Positions 47,885-57,294 of a DNA stretch of 64,000 bases are shown one piece after another. Below the pieces are notes generated by a model that was not told the origin of the DNA, searched no databases, and saw only the letters and a list, made by a program, of their open reading frames with translations. The DNA lies in NCBI GenBank assembly GCA_000436535.1, contig FR886343.1, forward strand, positions 26,691-90,690, given 5' to 3'. A program made the translations under genes and the position numbers. Source of the stretch: Eubacterium sp. CAG:252. GTDB taxonomy: Bacteria; Bacillota; Clostridia; Lachnospirales; Lachnospiraceae. Each line of letters starts with the position of its first letter. Within the stretch, counting starts at the first letter, position 1.

Positions 47885-48622
47885 ATGCTTATAAAAGAAG
47901 TTCCAAAAGATGCTGAGCTTACGATAGAGGTCAGTGTAGCAGCAAGAAAGCTGGAGTTTAAGTCGCAATGTATAGATACAGGCATGAACTATCTGTATGC
48001 CAGACCTATAATTATAGATGGAAAAAGAGTCTCTTTTGAGGCTTCGGTTACTCTGTCAGTCAGTCTTGTATATATAAGAGAAGATAAGAATCCTGTGCTG
48101 TGGAGAGGCGTAGGCATATCGACTGTCACTGAGAATGGAAAGTCGATGTATAAGATAACCTCATCCATGGAAGGCTATGAGATGAACAGAAGACAGGCAT
48201 ACCGACTGTTTCTTGGATTAGGAGCAGTAGCACAGATAGGTATTAATAAAAAAGCTGTTAATGTTATTATAAAAGATATAAGTGAGAATGGATTTTCATT
48301 CGTGGGAAACGAAGATATAGAGGTTAATAAATCGCCTGTAAGGCTTGTATTTAAAGATATGGATGATACCATAAGTCTTATGGGAATCGTTGTAAGAAAG
48401 GTAAAGGCAGGTGAAAAAAAGATAATATATGGATGTACATTAACATCATGTAACACAGATATTGTACATTATATCAATGCAAAACAAAGATACTATCTTT
48501 CAACAGCAAAGAATACCCAGATTAATGCCAACAGGGCAGCTATAAGAAATGTATTAAGAGAATCGCCTAAGTATATTAATAACAATAATAAACAGGGAAA
48601 TAAAAAGAAAACAGGAAAATAA
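47885..48622 (+). CDS. YcgR-like PilZ-domain protein (PilZN plus PilZ), c-di-GMP receptor
   Basis: RxxxR (RRQAYRL) and DxSxxG (DISENGFSF) PilZ motifs in the C-terminal half, a beta-rich N-terminal domain, and a K/N-rich tail. Confidence 0.7.
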   Translation: MLIKEVPKDAELTIEVSVAARKLEFKSQCIDTGMNYLYARPIIIDGKRVSFEASVTLSVSLVYIREDKNPVLWRGVGISTVTENGKSMYKITSSMEGYEMNRRQAYRLFLGLGAVAQIGINKKAVNVIIKDISENGFSFVGNEDIEVNKSPVRLVFKDMDDTISLMGIVVRKVKAGEKKIIYGCTLTSCNTDIVHYINAKQRYYLSTAKNTQINANRAAIRNVLRESPKYINNNNKQGNKKKTGK

Positions 48623-48717
48623 AAGCTGGAAAATAAAAAGTATTAAGTTAAAATGAATTCAGTAAATAAAATGAATTTAGTATATAAAAAGGGAAAGCGG
48701 AATTGGAGAAACTAATT

Positions 48718-49266
48718 ATGAGGGAAACAGGAAGCAATAGCTTAGAAAAAAAACAAAAACGGGAGTTTGTAAGAGCAGAAATAGATAATCAGTATTCTAT
48801 GACAAAAATCTGTCCTAAATGTGGAGCTACCATGGTATATGCTTATGGAGAGATGTATGAATGTCCAAAGTGTGGAGATAAAGAATATACAGATTTTGGA
48901 AAAATAAGAGAATATCTTGAAACACATGGACCTCAGAATGCAGTGACTATTGCAGATGCAACAGGTGTCAGTGTAAAAACCATCCAGAAGTTTTTATATC
49001 AGGGAAGAATAGAGATTCCAGATGGTTCAGATTCATACATAAAATGCCAGATGTGTGGCGCTGATATCAGATATGGAAGATTTTGTCCTGACTGTATGGC
49101 AAAGCTTAATAAAGAAAACCAGACAGCAGTTTATGTAGGTGAGAAGCCTAAGTATAAGAGAGACCATAACGGAAAGATGCATACTCTCGATGAAAGAGAA
49201 ACAGAGAATGTATCAAGAAAGCCAATAGCGCTTCATAGAACTGCAAAAAAGAATAATAATCAGTAA
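48718..49266 (+). CDS. Hypothetical double zinc-ribbon protein
   Basis: CPKCG...CPKCG and CQMCG...CPDC cysteine pairs; a possible HTH-like segment in between; the ATG at 48718 follows GGAGAA. Confidence 0.5.
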   Translation: MRETGSNSLEKKQKREFVRAEIDNQYSMTKICPKCGATMVYAYGEMYECPKCGDKEYTDFGKIREYLETHGPQNAVTIADATGVSVKTIQKFLYQGRIEIPDGSDSYIKCQMCGADIRYGRFCPDCMAKLNKENQTAVYVGEKPKYKRDHNGKMHTLDERETENVSRKPIALHRTAKKNNNQ

Positions 49267-49383
49267 TATATAAGAAAAAGGACAATATTTACGGGTTGTT
49301 GTAATCAGACGGTAGATGTATAATGTCAACATATTCAAACAATATACATCTGAGTATTAATAAATATAATGGAGGATTGCTTT

Positions 49384-51402
49384 ATGGAAAAAATTAGCTT
49401 GATAGATGAGGACTTCATGGATTTCCCTATAGGAGAGTTCCCATATGACAAAAACCATTCGGCTATTGGAGAATATCATTTTATCCATTTTCCTGGATTT
49501 TATGGACGATGGTATGACCCTGTATGTAACTACAGATATAACGGACAGGGTGCTTCATGGTGCATTATGGAGTATAATGGCAGACATTATATGGAACAGA
49601 TGAGGCTTCACAATACAGAACCACACAGGACATTCCCTACACTTGAAACTGGCGACAGATTCTGGAGAGATTACGATATAGAAGCAGGACTTAGAATGTT
49701 CAATACCAAATGGGGAAGCGCAGGTATTGGTTTTTGTGCACAGAATTCACTGAACCTTCTTGCATGTATATTTGAAGATAAGAAGCTGAAGCTTGTATAC
49801 AGACATAAAGAAAATGTAGAAGAAATCAAAAGTGTTGACTTTGACTATAATTGTGATGACACATATAACATAAAGGTATCTGTTAAAGGAAGCCATGTTA
49901 TATGCAGCGTAGATGGCAGTACATATATAGATGTGCAGACAGATTATGCACTTCATGGTGGAAAAGTCGCTGTTACAGCAACGATACCGGCTGCATTCGG
50001 TTATGTAAAGGTAACAGTGGATGAAGCAACAGCCCAAAGAATAGAAAAAGACAGAACAGAATATGAATTAAAGTGTGAGACAGCACAGAAAAAGTACCCT
50101 AAGATGAAGCTTGCCAAAAAAATAGATCTTAAGGGCTGTGGTACTGGAAGACAGTTAAGATTCGGACATCTGCTTGGAACAAAAGAATACCAGATGGTTA
50201 TGGCACAATGCCAGAAGAGAGTTAACAGAGATGCTTATGGTACAATAAGCTGTCTTACAGCTATGGACCTTGATGGCAATATATTGTGGCAACATGGTGA
50301 GCCTACAGATAACACTGAGATTGGTAATATTTCAGCGGATATGCCTATGCAGATATACGATATAGATGGCGATGGCTATGACGAGGTTATAACAGCAAAG
50401 AATTTTGAGGTGCTTATTCTTGATGGACGTACAGGAGAAGTTAAGAAAAGAGCAAAGACTCCTTATTCTACAGCAGCTGAGGATGGCACTATTATAGGAG
50501 TACCAGACGGAGAATATGCATTTGACAGAATCAATCCAGATGGAATGAGAATATGCAATTTCCGTGGACTTGATAAGCCAAGAGATATTCTTATTAAGGA
50601 CAGATACTGCAGAGTATATGCACTTAATGATAATCTTGAGGTTATGTGGCATTTCCAGAGTGATAAGAATACAGGACATTTTCCTTTTGCCATAGATATC
50701 AATGGAGATGGTCATGATGAACTTCTTGTTGGCTATAATATGCTTGACTGTCATGGTAAAAGATTATGGACAATGCCTTTTAAGGATGATCATATAGATG
50801 AGATAGTACCTGGCAGATTCGAGTCAGGACCTAATAAGGGTAAGAAGTTTTTTGCATGCGTTGCAGGAACACAGGGATTTATTCTCTGCGATTTTGATGG
50901 AAACATATTAAAAAAGGATGGCATAGGACATGCACAGAGAGTAAGTCTTGCTAATTACTGTCCGGATAAGCCAGGCTATGAGATGGCTGTTGTTAACTTC
51001 TGGGGTCATCAGGGCATTATATACTTTTATGACAGTGAAGGTAATGAACTGTGGGAGATGGAGAATGAGCTTAATGGCAACCTTCTTACACCAGTTAACT
51101 GGACAGGAGACGGACAGGACTTCATACTGCTTAATGCAGATGTAGAACGCGGTGGCATGATAGATGGTGATGGCGTTACTGTCGTGAAGTTCCCGGATGA
51201 TGGACACCCAACATTATGTGCGGAAGCAGTTAATATTCTTGGGGATGCAAGAGATGAAATAGTTACATGGGATTATAATTATATGTATATATACACTCAG
51301 GATGATGAGCAAAGAGAAGATGTGTATAAGCCATATAAGTATCCTGATTATAATGCATCTAATTACAGGGGTGAATATTCATATAGAGAAATATTCTGGT
51401 AA
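49384..51402 (+). CDS. Cytoplasmic FG-GAP/beta-propeller repeat protein with an N-terminal jelly-roll-like domain; possible PL11 rhamnogalacturonan-lyase-like enzyme
   Basis: Repeated Ca-binding-loop-like DxDGDGxDE motifs (DIDGDGYDEV, DINGDGHDELLV, NWTGDGQDFILL) spaced about 60 aa apart. No signal peptide; RBS GGAGGA. Confidence 0.5.
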   Translation: MEKISLIDEDFMDFPIGEFPYDKNHSAIGEYHFIHFPGFYGRWYDPVCNYRYNGQGASWCIMEYNGRHYMEQMRLHNTEPHRTFPTLETGDRFWRDYDIEAGLRMFNTKWGSAGIGFCAQNSLNLLACIFEDKKLKLVYRHKENVEEIKSVDFDYNCDDTYNIKVSVKGSHVICSVDGSTYIDVQTDYALHGGKVAVTATIPAAFGYVKVTVDEATAQRIEKDRTEYELKCETAQKKYPKMKLAKKIDLKGCGTGRQLRFGHLLGTKEYQMVMAQCQKRVNRDAYGTISCLTAMDLDGNILWQHGEPTDNTEIGNISADMPMQIYDIDGDGYDEVITAKNFEVLILDGRTGEVKKRAKTPYSTAAEDGTIIGVPDGEYAFDRINPDGMRICNFRGLDKPRDILIKDRYCRVYALNDNLEVMWHFQSDKNTGHFPFAIDINGDGHDELLVGYNMLDCHGKRLWTMPFKDDHIDEIVPGRFESGPNKGKKFFACVAGTQGFILCDFDGNILKKDGIGHAQRVSLANYCPDKPGYEMAVVNFWGHQGIIYFYDSEGNELWEMENELNGNLLTPVNWTGDGQDFILLNADVERGGMIDGDGVTVVKFPDDGHPTLCAEAVNILGDARDEIVTWDYNYMYIYTQDDEQREDVYKPYKYPDYNASNYRGEYSYREIFW

Positions 51403-51437
51403 TACAGAGTGGTTTATTAATAGGAGTGAGAGTTGTC

Positions 51438-51938
51438 ATGAATAACGAATTAACACCAGGTGACATAAAGAAGATGGAAGATGAGATAGAATATCGTGTG
51501 CATGAAGTAAGAAAAAAAGCACTCGAAGATGTCAAGGAGGCAAGAGCACAGGGAGATCTGAGTGAGAATTTCGAGTATTATGCAGCAAAGAAGTTCAAGA
51601 ATCAGAACGAAAGCCGTATAAGATATCTTCAGAGGATGATAAAGACAGCCACGATTATATCAGAAGAGTCGGCAGATGATGAGGCTGGTGTTAATAACAC
51701 TATAACAGTAAAGTATGAAGATGATGGAACCACTGAGAAAATAAAGCTTGTAACAACTGTAAGGGGTGATTCCCTGGAAGGACTTATAAGTATAGAGTCG
51801 CCTCTGGGAAAGGCTATACTTGGCCATAAGGCTGGTGACAGGGTAGAGGTTGTTGTAAACAGCAATGTCAGCTATTTTATAGATATTCTTGCAATAGAGA
51901 ATACAGATGGATCTGACGATGAGATTATGAGTTATTGA
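51438..51938 (+). CDS. greA: Transcription elongation factor GreA
   Basis: N-terminal coiled coil with DLSENFEYYAAK and a C-terminal FKBP-like domain; the ATG at 51438 follows AGGAGTGAGAG. Confidence 0.9.
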   Translation: MNNELTPGDIKKMEDEIEYRVHEVRKKALEDVKEARAQGDLSENFEYYAAKKFKNQNESRIRYLQRMIKTATIISEESADDEAGVNNTITVKYEDDGTTEKIKLVTTVRGDSLEGLISIESPLGKAILGHKAGDRVEVVVNSNVSYFIDILAIENTDGSDDEIMSY

Positions 51939-51948
51939 AAGGCGGCTT

Positions 51949-53841
51949 ATGGTTTTTAGCAAAGAACAGAAGTCGGCGATACATTTTAAGGACGGACCTG
52001 CACTTGTACTTGCGGGTCCGGGTTCTGGAAAGACTACAGTTATTGTAAACAGAATAATAAGTCTTATAAAGGAACACAGTGTTTCCCCGTCTTCGATATT
52101 GGTCATTACATTTACAAAGGCGGCTGCAAAGTCTATGCGGCAGCGTTTTCTGTCACTTACGGGTGAGTCTTATGTATCAGTAACATTTGGTACATTCCAC
52201 GCAGTATTTTTTTCTATGCTGCGCCATGCTTACAATTATTCAGCAGGTTCAATAATAAAAGCAGATATACAGTACAATTATATAAGAAATGCAGCTATGG
52301 GCTTTGAGCTGGAATATCCCGATGAAAATGAGATGGTAACAGGCATTATATCGGAGATAAGCCGTGTAAAAAGCAACAGGCTGTGTATAGATACATATGA
52401 GGCAGTAAGCTGTCCAGCAGCTACATTCCGTCTTATATATAAGAAATATGAAAATATGCTTATAAGCAGAAGAATGATAGATTATGACGATATGATTATT
52501 ATGTGTTATGAGCTGTTATCTAAAAGAGCAGACTATAGAAAGGCGTGGCAGGATAAGTATAAGTATATACTTGTGGATGAATTTCAGGATATTAATAAGG
52601 CACAATATGATACCATAAAGCTTATAGCAGGAAAGCAGGCTAACCTTTTTGTGGTAGGTGATGATGACCAGAGCATATATGCTTTCAGGGGGTCAAAGCC
52701 TGATATTATGCTTGGACTTTCCACAGAGTACAGAGATATTGTACAGATGTATCTTAATACCAACTACAGGTGCTCATCAGAGATAGTGGCAGGCGCGCGT
52801 TCGCTGATAGAATATAATAAGGTGCGCTTCGCAAAGGATATAAGGTCGTGTGGAATGTGTTCAGGCAGAATTAAAGTGTGCAAAATGGCAGATATAGAAG
52901 AGGAGGCGTTGTATCTGTCAAAGGAAGTAAGGGAGCTTATTGCAGACGGAATTAAGCCGGAGGAAATAGCAGTCATATCACGCACAAATATAATAAGCAA
53001 CATATATTATACAAGGCTTAACAGCGATGGTGTGGCGTGCAGGACATTAACAGCAGTACATAATATATATGATAGCTGGCTTATGCAGGATATAGCCGCA
53101 TATATGAGATTATCACAGGGGATGTATGATAAGGAAAATGCAGTCAGAATAATTAACAAGCCGTCAAGATATATAAAGAGGGCACTGATTACACAGCCTT
53201 TTAACTTTGAACACTTAAGAAAATGCTATGACGGCGATGAGGGCCTGATAAAGATTATTAATGATATGCAGTTTGACATAAAAATGCTTTCACATATGTC
53301 ACCTTATGCAGCGGTTAACTACATTCTTAAAGGCATAGGTTACGAGGATTATATAAATGAAGAGATAATAAGAAAACGTCTGAATAAAGAAGAGGTCTAT
53401 GCCAAGCTGACAGAGATAAAGACATTGTCCAGAAAATATATGGATATAAAACAGTGGCTTAAATATATAGATGAACAGGCAGAAAAAACGGAGCGGGAAA
53501 ATAAGAGTGACAAAAGACAGGGTAATCAGAAAAACAGTGATGAAAAAGACAGTGCCGGAGCAGTAAATATATACACAATGCACAGCTGCAAAGGACTAGA
53601 ATTCAAAGCTGTATTTATAATGGATGTGTGCGAAGGCATAATACCGTACAATAAGGCGGTGCTTGATAATGAGATAGAGGAGGAGAGAAGACTTATGTAT
53701 GTTGCCATGACAAGGGCAAAAGAAAAGCTGTATCTTGTATATCCCATAAAGAGATATGGACACGATACAGCCGCTTCACGTTTTATAAGTGAGATAGATA
53801 AAGCTTATATAGAAAGCTTTGACTACTCCACGAATTCATAG
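51949..53841 (+). CDS. UvrD/Rep-family ATP-dependent DNA helicase (short form)
   Basis: Walker A GPGSGKT, motif II VDEFQD, and motifs III-VI (VVGDDDQSIYAFRG, YRCSSEI, TMHSCKGLEF, VAMTRAK). At 630 aa it is shorter than PcrA. Confidence 0.85.
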   Translation: MVFSKEQKSAIHFKDGPALVLAGPGSGKTTVIVNRIISLIKEHSVSPSSILVITFTKAAAKSMRQRFLSLTGESYVSVTFGTFHAVFFSMLRHAYNYSAGSIIKADIQYNYIRNAAMGFELEYPDENEMVTGIISEISRVKSNRLCIDTYEAVSCPAATFRLIYKKYENMLISRRMIDYDDMIIMCYELLSKRADYRKAWQDKYKYILVDEFQDINKAQYDTIKLIAGKQANLFVVGDDDQSIYAFRGSKPDIMLGLSTEYRDIVQMYLNTNYRCSSEIVAGARSLIEYNKVRFAKDIRSCGMCSGRIKVCKMADIEEEALYLSKEVRELIADGIKPEEIAVISRTNIISNIYYTRLNSDGVACRTLTAVHNIYDSWLMQDIAAYMRLSQGMYDKENAVRIINKPSRYIKRALITQPFNFEHLRKCYDGDEGLIKIINDMQFDIKMLSHMSPYAAVNYILKGIGYEDYINEEIIRKRLNKEEVYAKLTEIKTLSRKYMDIKQWLKYIDEQAEKTERENKSDKRQGNQKNSDEKDSAGAVNIYTMHSCKGLEFKAVFIMDVCEGIIPYNKAVLDNEIEEERRLMYVAMTRAKEKLYLVYPIKRYGHDTAASRFISEIDKAYIESFDYSTNS

Positions 53842-53847
53842 GTAAGA

Positions 53848-54174
53848 TTAATTTTCAGAGTCTTCCTGCTCATAGAGTTCTTCATATTCCATAGCGTCAA
53901 GCTCTTCATCGAAGGCATCAGAAACAATCTCGTATTCTTCATCTGAGTCAATATTTTCAAGAACTGGCTCATTGTCTGCACTGATAGAATATCTGTAAAG
54001 ATATACCTCGCTCTCATCCTCATCAATATCAGCGATAGGAAGAAGTGCTATATAGTTCTTATCACCAGCAGGGAAAGTTCTTATAACAGCACACTCAACC
54101 TCTGAACCATCATCAAGTGAAAGAGTTACTGTTGAGTATTCTGAATTGTTATTGTAATCTGTATTATCTGACAT
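53848..54174 (-). CDS. DUF1292-family small acidic protein
   Basis: VTLSLDDGSEVECAVIRTF...KNYIALLPI...EVYLYRY core followed by an acidic tail. The ATG at 54174 follows GGAGA on the minus strand. It is the only minus-strand gene in the window. Confidence 0.75.
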   Translation of the reverse strand: MSDNTDYNNNSEYSTVTLSLDDGSEVECAVIRTFPAGDKNYIALLPIADIDEDESEVYLYRYSISADNEPVLENIDSDEEYEIVSDAFDEELDAMEYEELYEQEDSEN

Positions 54175-54503
54175 AATTATCTCCAATCTGTTAATATAAA
54201 ATATGGGCTGTATTACAGCCGTATAAAACTTTAACATATATTATAGCGTATATGCAATTTATATTTAACAAAATAGTGAAAAAACTTAATAAAATAATAT
54301 AAGTACTTAAAAAAATACAAAAAACAGTGTTGCAAATTAATAAAACAAGGTGTATATTACAAATAAATTAATATTCAAAGTCAAAGGGGACAATTCTAAC
54401 TGGTGTAGCTGGAGTTGTTTCCTTTTTTGTTTTGAATAGTAAAGATTAATAATCATAGGTAAGTATGGTGATTAAAGTACAAAGAAAAGAATGGAGAATA
54501 ATT

Positions 54504-54968
54504 ATGGATAAGATTGATAAGAAGCTGATTACATTATTACAGAATAACGCAAGAATGCCACTTAAAGCGCTGGCTGAAAATGTATTTTTATCATCTCCAG
54601 CGGTATCGGCAAGAATAGAAAGGCTTGAAAAGGAAGAGATTATCAAAGGATATGAAGTTAAGATTAACCAGTTAAAGTTAGGATATCATATAACTGCATT
54701 TATAAACCTTGAAGTTGCACCAGTACAGAAGCCGGAGTTTTACCCATTTATAAAGTCATGCCCTAATGTAGTTGAGTGTAACTGCGTAACAGGCAATTAT
54801 TCTATGCTTTTAAAGGTTGTGTTCCCAAGCACTATGGAGCTTGATACATTTATAGGACAGCTTCAGAAGTTCGGAAGAACAAGCACACAGATAGTATTCT
54901 CGACACCGGTTGCACCAAGAGGAATAGATGTCAATCAGGAGCTTCCGGGAGAAGAGCCTCAGGATTAA
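54504..54968 (+). CDS. Lrp/AsnC-family transcriptional regulator
   Basis: N-terminal HTH (DKKLITLLQNNARMPLKALAENVFLSSPAVSARIERLEKEEII) and a C-terminal RAM domain. The ATG at 54504 follows GGAGAA. A candidate promoter TTGCAA-17-TGtATATT lies upstream. Confidence 0.85.
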   Translation: MDKIDKKLITLLQNNARMPLKALAENVFLSSPAVSARIERLEKEEIIKGYEVKINQLKLGYHITAFINLEVAPVQKPEFYPFIKSCPNVVECNCVTGNYSMLLKVVFPSTMELDTFIGQLQKFGRTSTQIVFSTPVAPRGIDVNQELPGEEPQD

Positions 54969-55051
54969 TATAAATAAGTAATACAATATTGAATGTATTA
55001 TAATATCTCCACGGTATGTTAATAGCTGATATATGTAAAAGATTTGTGAAA

Positions 55052-55087
55052 AGTTACAGTTGTTGTTGATACAACTGTAGCTTTTTT
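55052..55087 (+). terminator. Rho-independent terminator after the Lrp gene
   Basis: GTTACAGTTGT-tgttgat-ACAACTGTAGC followed by TTTTTT. Confidence 0.75.
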
Positions 55088-55199
55088 GTTATACTTAACA
55101 AGAATGTCAGGATCAAAAGTCTTATCGTACAGATACCAATGACTTTTTGATTTATGGACACTCGCATCATATCAAGTAAATATCAGGGAAAGAGGAATT

Positions 55200-56132
55200 A
55201 TGAATATTAATAGCATATTAGATAATATAGGGAAAGTTATAGTTGGAAAAGAGGATGTTACTCAAAAGGTGCTTACAAGCATATTAGCAGGCGGACACGT
55301 GCTTTTAGAGGATGTTCCGGGAACAGGTAAGACTATGCTTGCAAAGTCAGTTGCAAAGAGCATAGATTGTGAATTTAAGAGAATACAGTTTACACCTGAC
55401 CTGCTGCCTTCAGATATAACAGGTCTTCATATATATAACCAGAAGAGCGGGGACTTTACATTAAATAAAGGACCTGTATTTGCCAATATTATACTGGCAG
55501 ATGAGATAAACAGGGCAACTCCAAGAACACAGTCTGCACTGTTAGAGTGTATGGAGGAACACCAGGTTACTATAGACGGTGATACGCTTAAGCTTGAGGA
55601 ACCATTTATCGTTATTGCAACAGAAAATCCAGTAGAAACAGCAGGAACCTATCCACTGCCGGAGGCACAGCTTGACAGATTTCTTATGAAGCTTGAGATG
55701 GGATATCCTGATAAGAATGCAGAGGTTGAGATACTTAACCGTTTCTTAAGCGACAATCCTATAACAGAGCTTGGAAGTGTATGTAAGAAGCAGGATATCA
55801 TAGATATGAAGAAGCAGGCAAAAGAGGTGTACATACATCCGGCACTTATTGAATATATAGCAGAGCTTGCAGGTGCGACAAGAAAGCTTTCTGACGTTGC
55901 GATAGGTATAAGTCCAAGAGGTTCTATAGCTATGGTTAATGCTGCAAAGGCATATGCATATGTAAAGGGACGTGACTATGTTGTTCCATCAGATATTAAG
56001 GAGCTTTCAGTATGCGTATGGGCACACAGGCTTGTATTTGGAACAGGCATTGTATCAAAGGATGGCAGAGCGCAGGCAGTTAATTCAGCATTTGCACAGG
56101 TTGCAGTACCAACTGAGGAGTGGACTAAGTAG
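55200..56132 (+). CDS. MoxR-family AAA+ ATPase
   Basis: Walker A GTGKT and Walker B ILADEINRATP; the typical MoxR length of about 310 aa. Confidence 0.9.
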   Translation: MNINSILDNIGKVIVGKEDVTQKVLTSILAGGHVLLEDVPGTGKTMLAKSVAKSIDCEFKRIQFTPDLLPSDITGLHIYNQKSGDFTLNKGPVFANIILADEINRATPRTQSALLECMEEHQVTIDGDTLKLEEPFIVIATENPVETAGTYPLPEAQLDRFLMKLEMGYPDKNAEVEILNRFLSDNPITELGSVCKKQDIIDMKKQAKEVYIHPALIEYIAELAGATRKLSDVAIGISPRGSIAMVNAAKAYAYVKGRDYVVPSDIKELSVCVWAHRLVFGTGIVSKDGRAQAVNSAFAQVAVPTEEWTK

Positions 56133-57254
56133 ATGAATATTGTTTTGATGCTTATAGGAGTAGTTGTTGTCTATAAGATTTTATCGGTTGTATACAAGGA
56201 AAACTGGGACAAAAACTTAAGTTCAGATGTAAGCTTTTCTAATAAGACGGCGACTAAAGGTGATAAGATAGACATAATAGAAACAGTTGTAAATGCAAAG
56301 AAGCTTCCAGTGTTCTGTATGAATGTAAAGTTTGACATAGACCGGAGCTTTATATTCGGGCAGAATGATACGAATTCAATGGTGTCAGATAAGACCTACC
56401 GCAATGATGTATTTTCACTGTTATCTAACCAGAAGGTCACAAGAAGAATAGCAGTTGAGTGCAGCAGGCGTGGCGTATTCAGGCTGAGTGCGGTTGAAAT
56501 GGTATTTCCCGGTGCATTTATGAATGAGATAATGATACACAGAAGCAGGCTGTACAGTGATATAACAGTTTTTCCAAAGCCGGCGGATGTTAAGAGCCTT
56601 ACAGATGTAAACAATATGATTATGGGCGAGCTTGAAAGAAGAAAGTACTTAAGTGAGGATAAGTTTGTGTTTGCAGGGATAAGAGATTACCAGTCTTACG
56701 ACAGTGTCAGGGATATCAACTGGAAGGCATACGCAAGGACGGGCAATCTTATGGTTAATCATTATAATGAAACAGTCAGCAGAAATGTATGCCTGCTTCT
56801 TAATCTTGAGAGTGAGGCAGCCTATATGCAGGAGGACGTTGTCGAATATGCCATAAGCATAGCAGCAGGACTGTCACAGCTTCTTATAGCAAGAGGAGTC
56901 AATGTGTCACTTATATCTAACGGACGTGATATTGATACAAAGCAGAATACAAGGATAGAAGCTGGTTCAGGATTATCACATTTTAACCAGATTAATACCA
57001 AGCTTGCAAGAATAGATATATCGCAGGATATGGAAGAATTTGCACAGCTTATGACATCACTTAATGAAGAGTGTACGATGATGGCATATGCAGGTAGTTC
57101 AAGGTCTGATATGATATATGTCATTATATCTGCCAATAAAAACGACAGAATAAGGAAAGCGGCAGGTTCTATAATGAATAACCAGAATAATAAGATATGG
57201 ATAGTCCCACGGGTGAACAGTGGTATAGGCAGTATGTATTATGAAAATGTATGA
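56133..57254 (+). CDS. DUF58-domain protein (vWA-like partner of MoxR)
   Basis: N-terminal TM, a central DUF58 region (FAGIRDYQSYDSVRDINWKAYARTGNLMVNHY), and immediate adjacency to MoxR. Confidence 0.8.
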   Translation: MNIVLMLIGVVVVYKILSVVYKENWDKNLSSDVSFSNKTATKGDKIDIIETVVNAKKLPVFCMNVKFDIDRSFIFGQNDTNSMVSDKTYRNDVFSLLSNQKVTRRIAVECSRRGVFRLSAVEMVFPGAFMNEIMIHRSRLYSDITVFPKPADVKSLTDVNNMIMGELERRKYLSEDKFVFAGIRDYQSYDSVRDINWKAYARTGNLMVNHYNETVSRNVCLLLNLESEAAYMQEDVVEYAISIAAGLSQLLIARGVNVSLISNGRDIDTKQNTRIEAGSGLSHFNQINTKLARIDISQDMEEFAQLMTSLNEECTMMAYAGSSRSDMIYVIISANKNDRIRKAAGSIMNNQNNKIWIVPRVNSGIGSMYYENV

Positions 57255-57294
57255 CAGGCTGGTTGTTCACAGGACTTTATGAAAGGAAAAGAGG

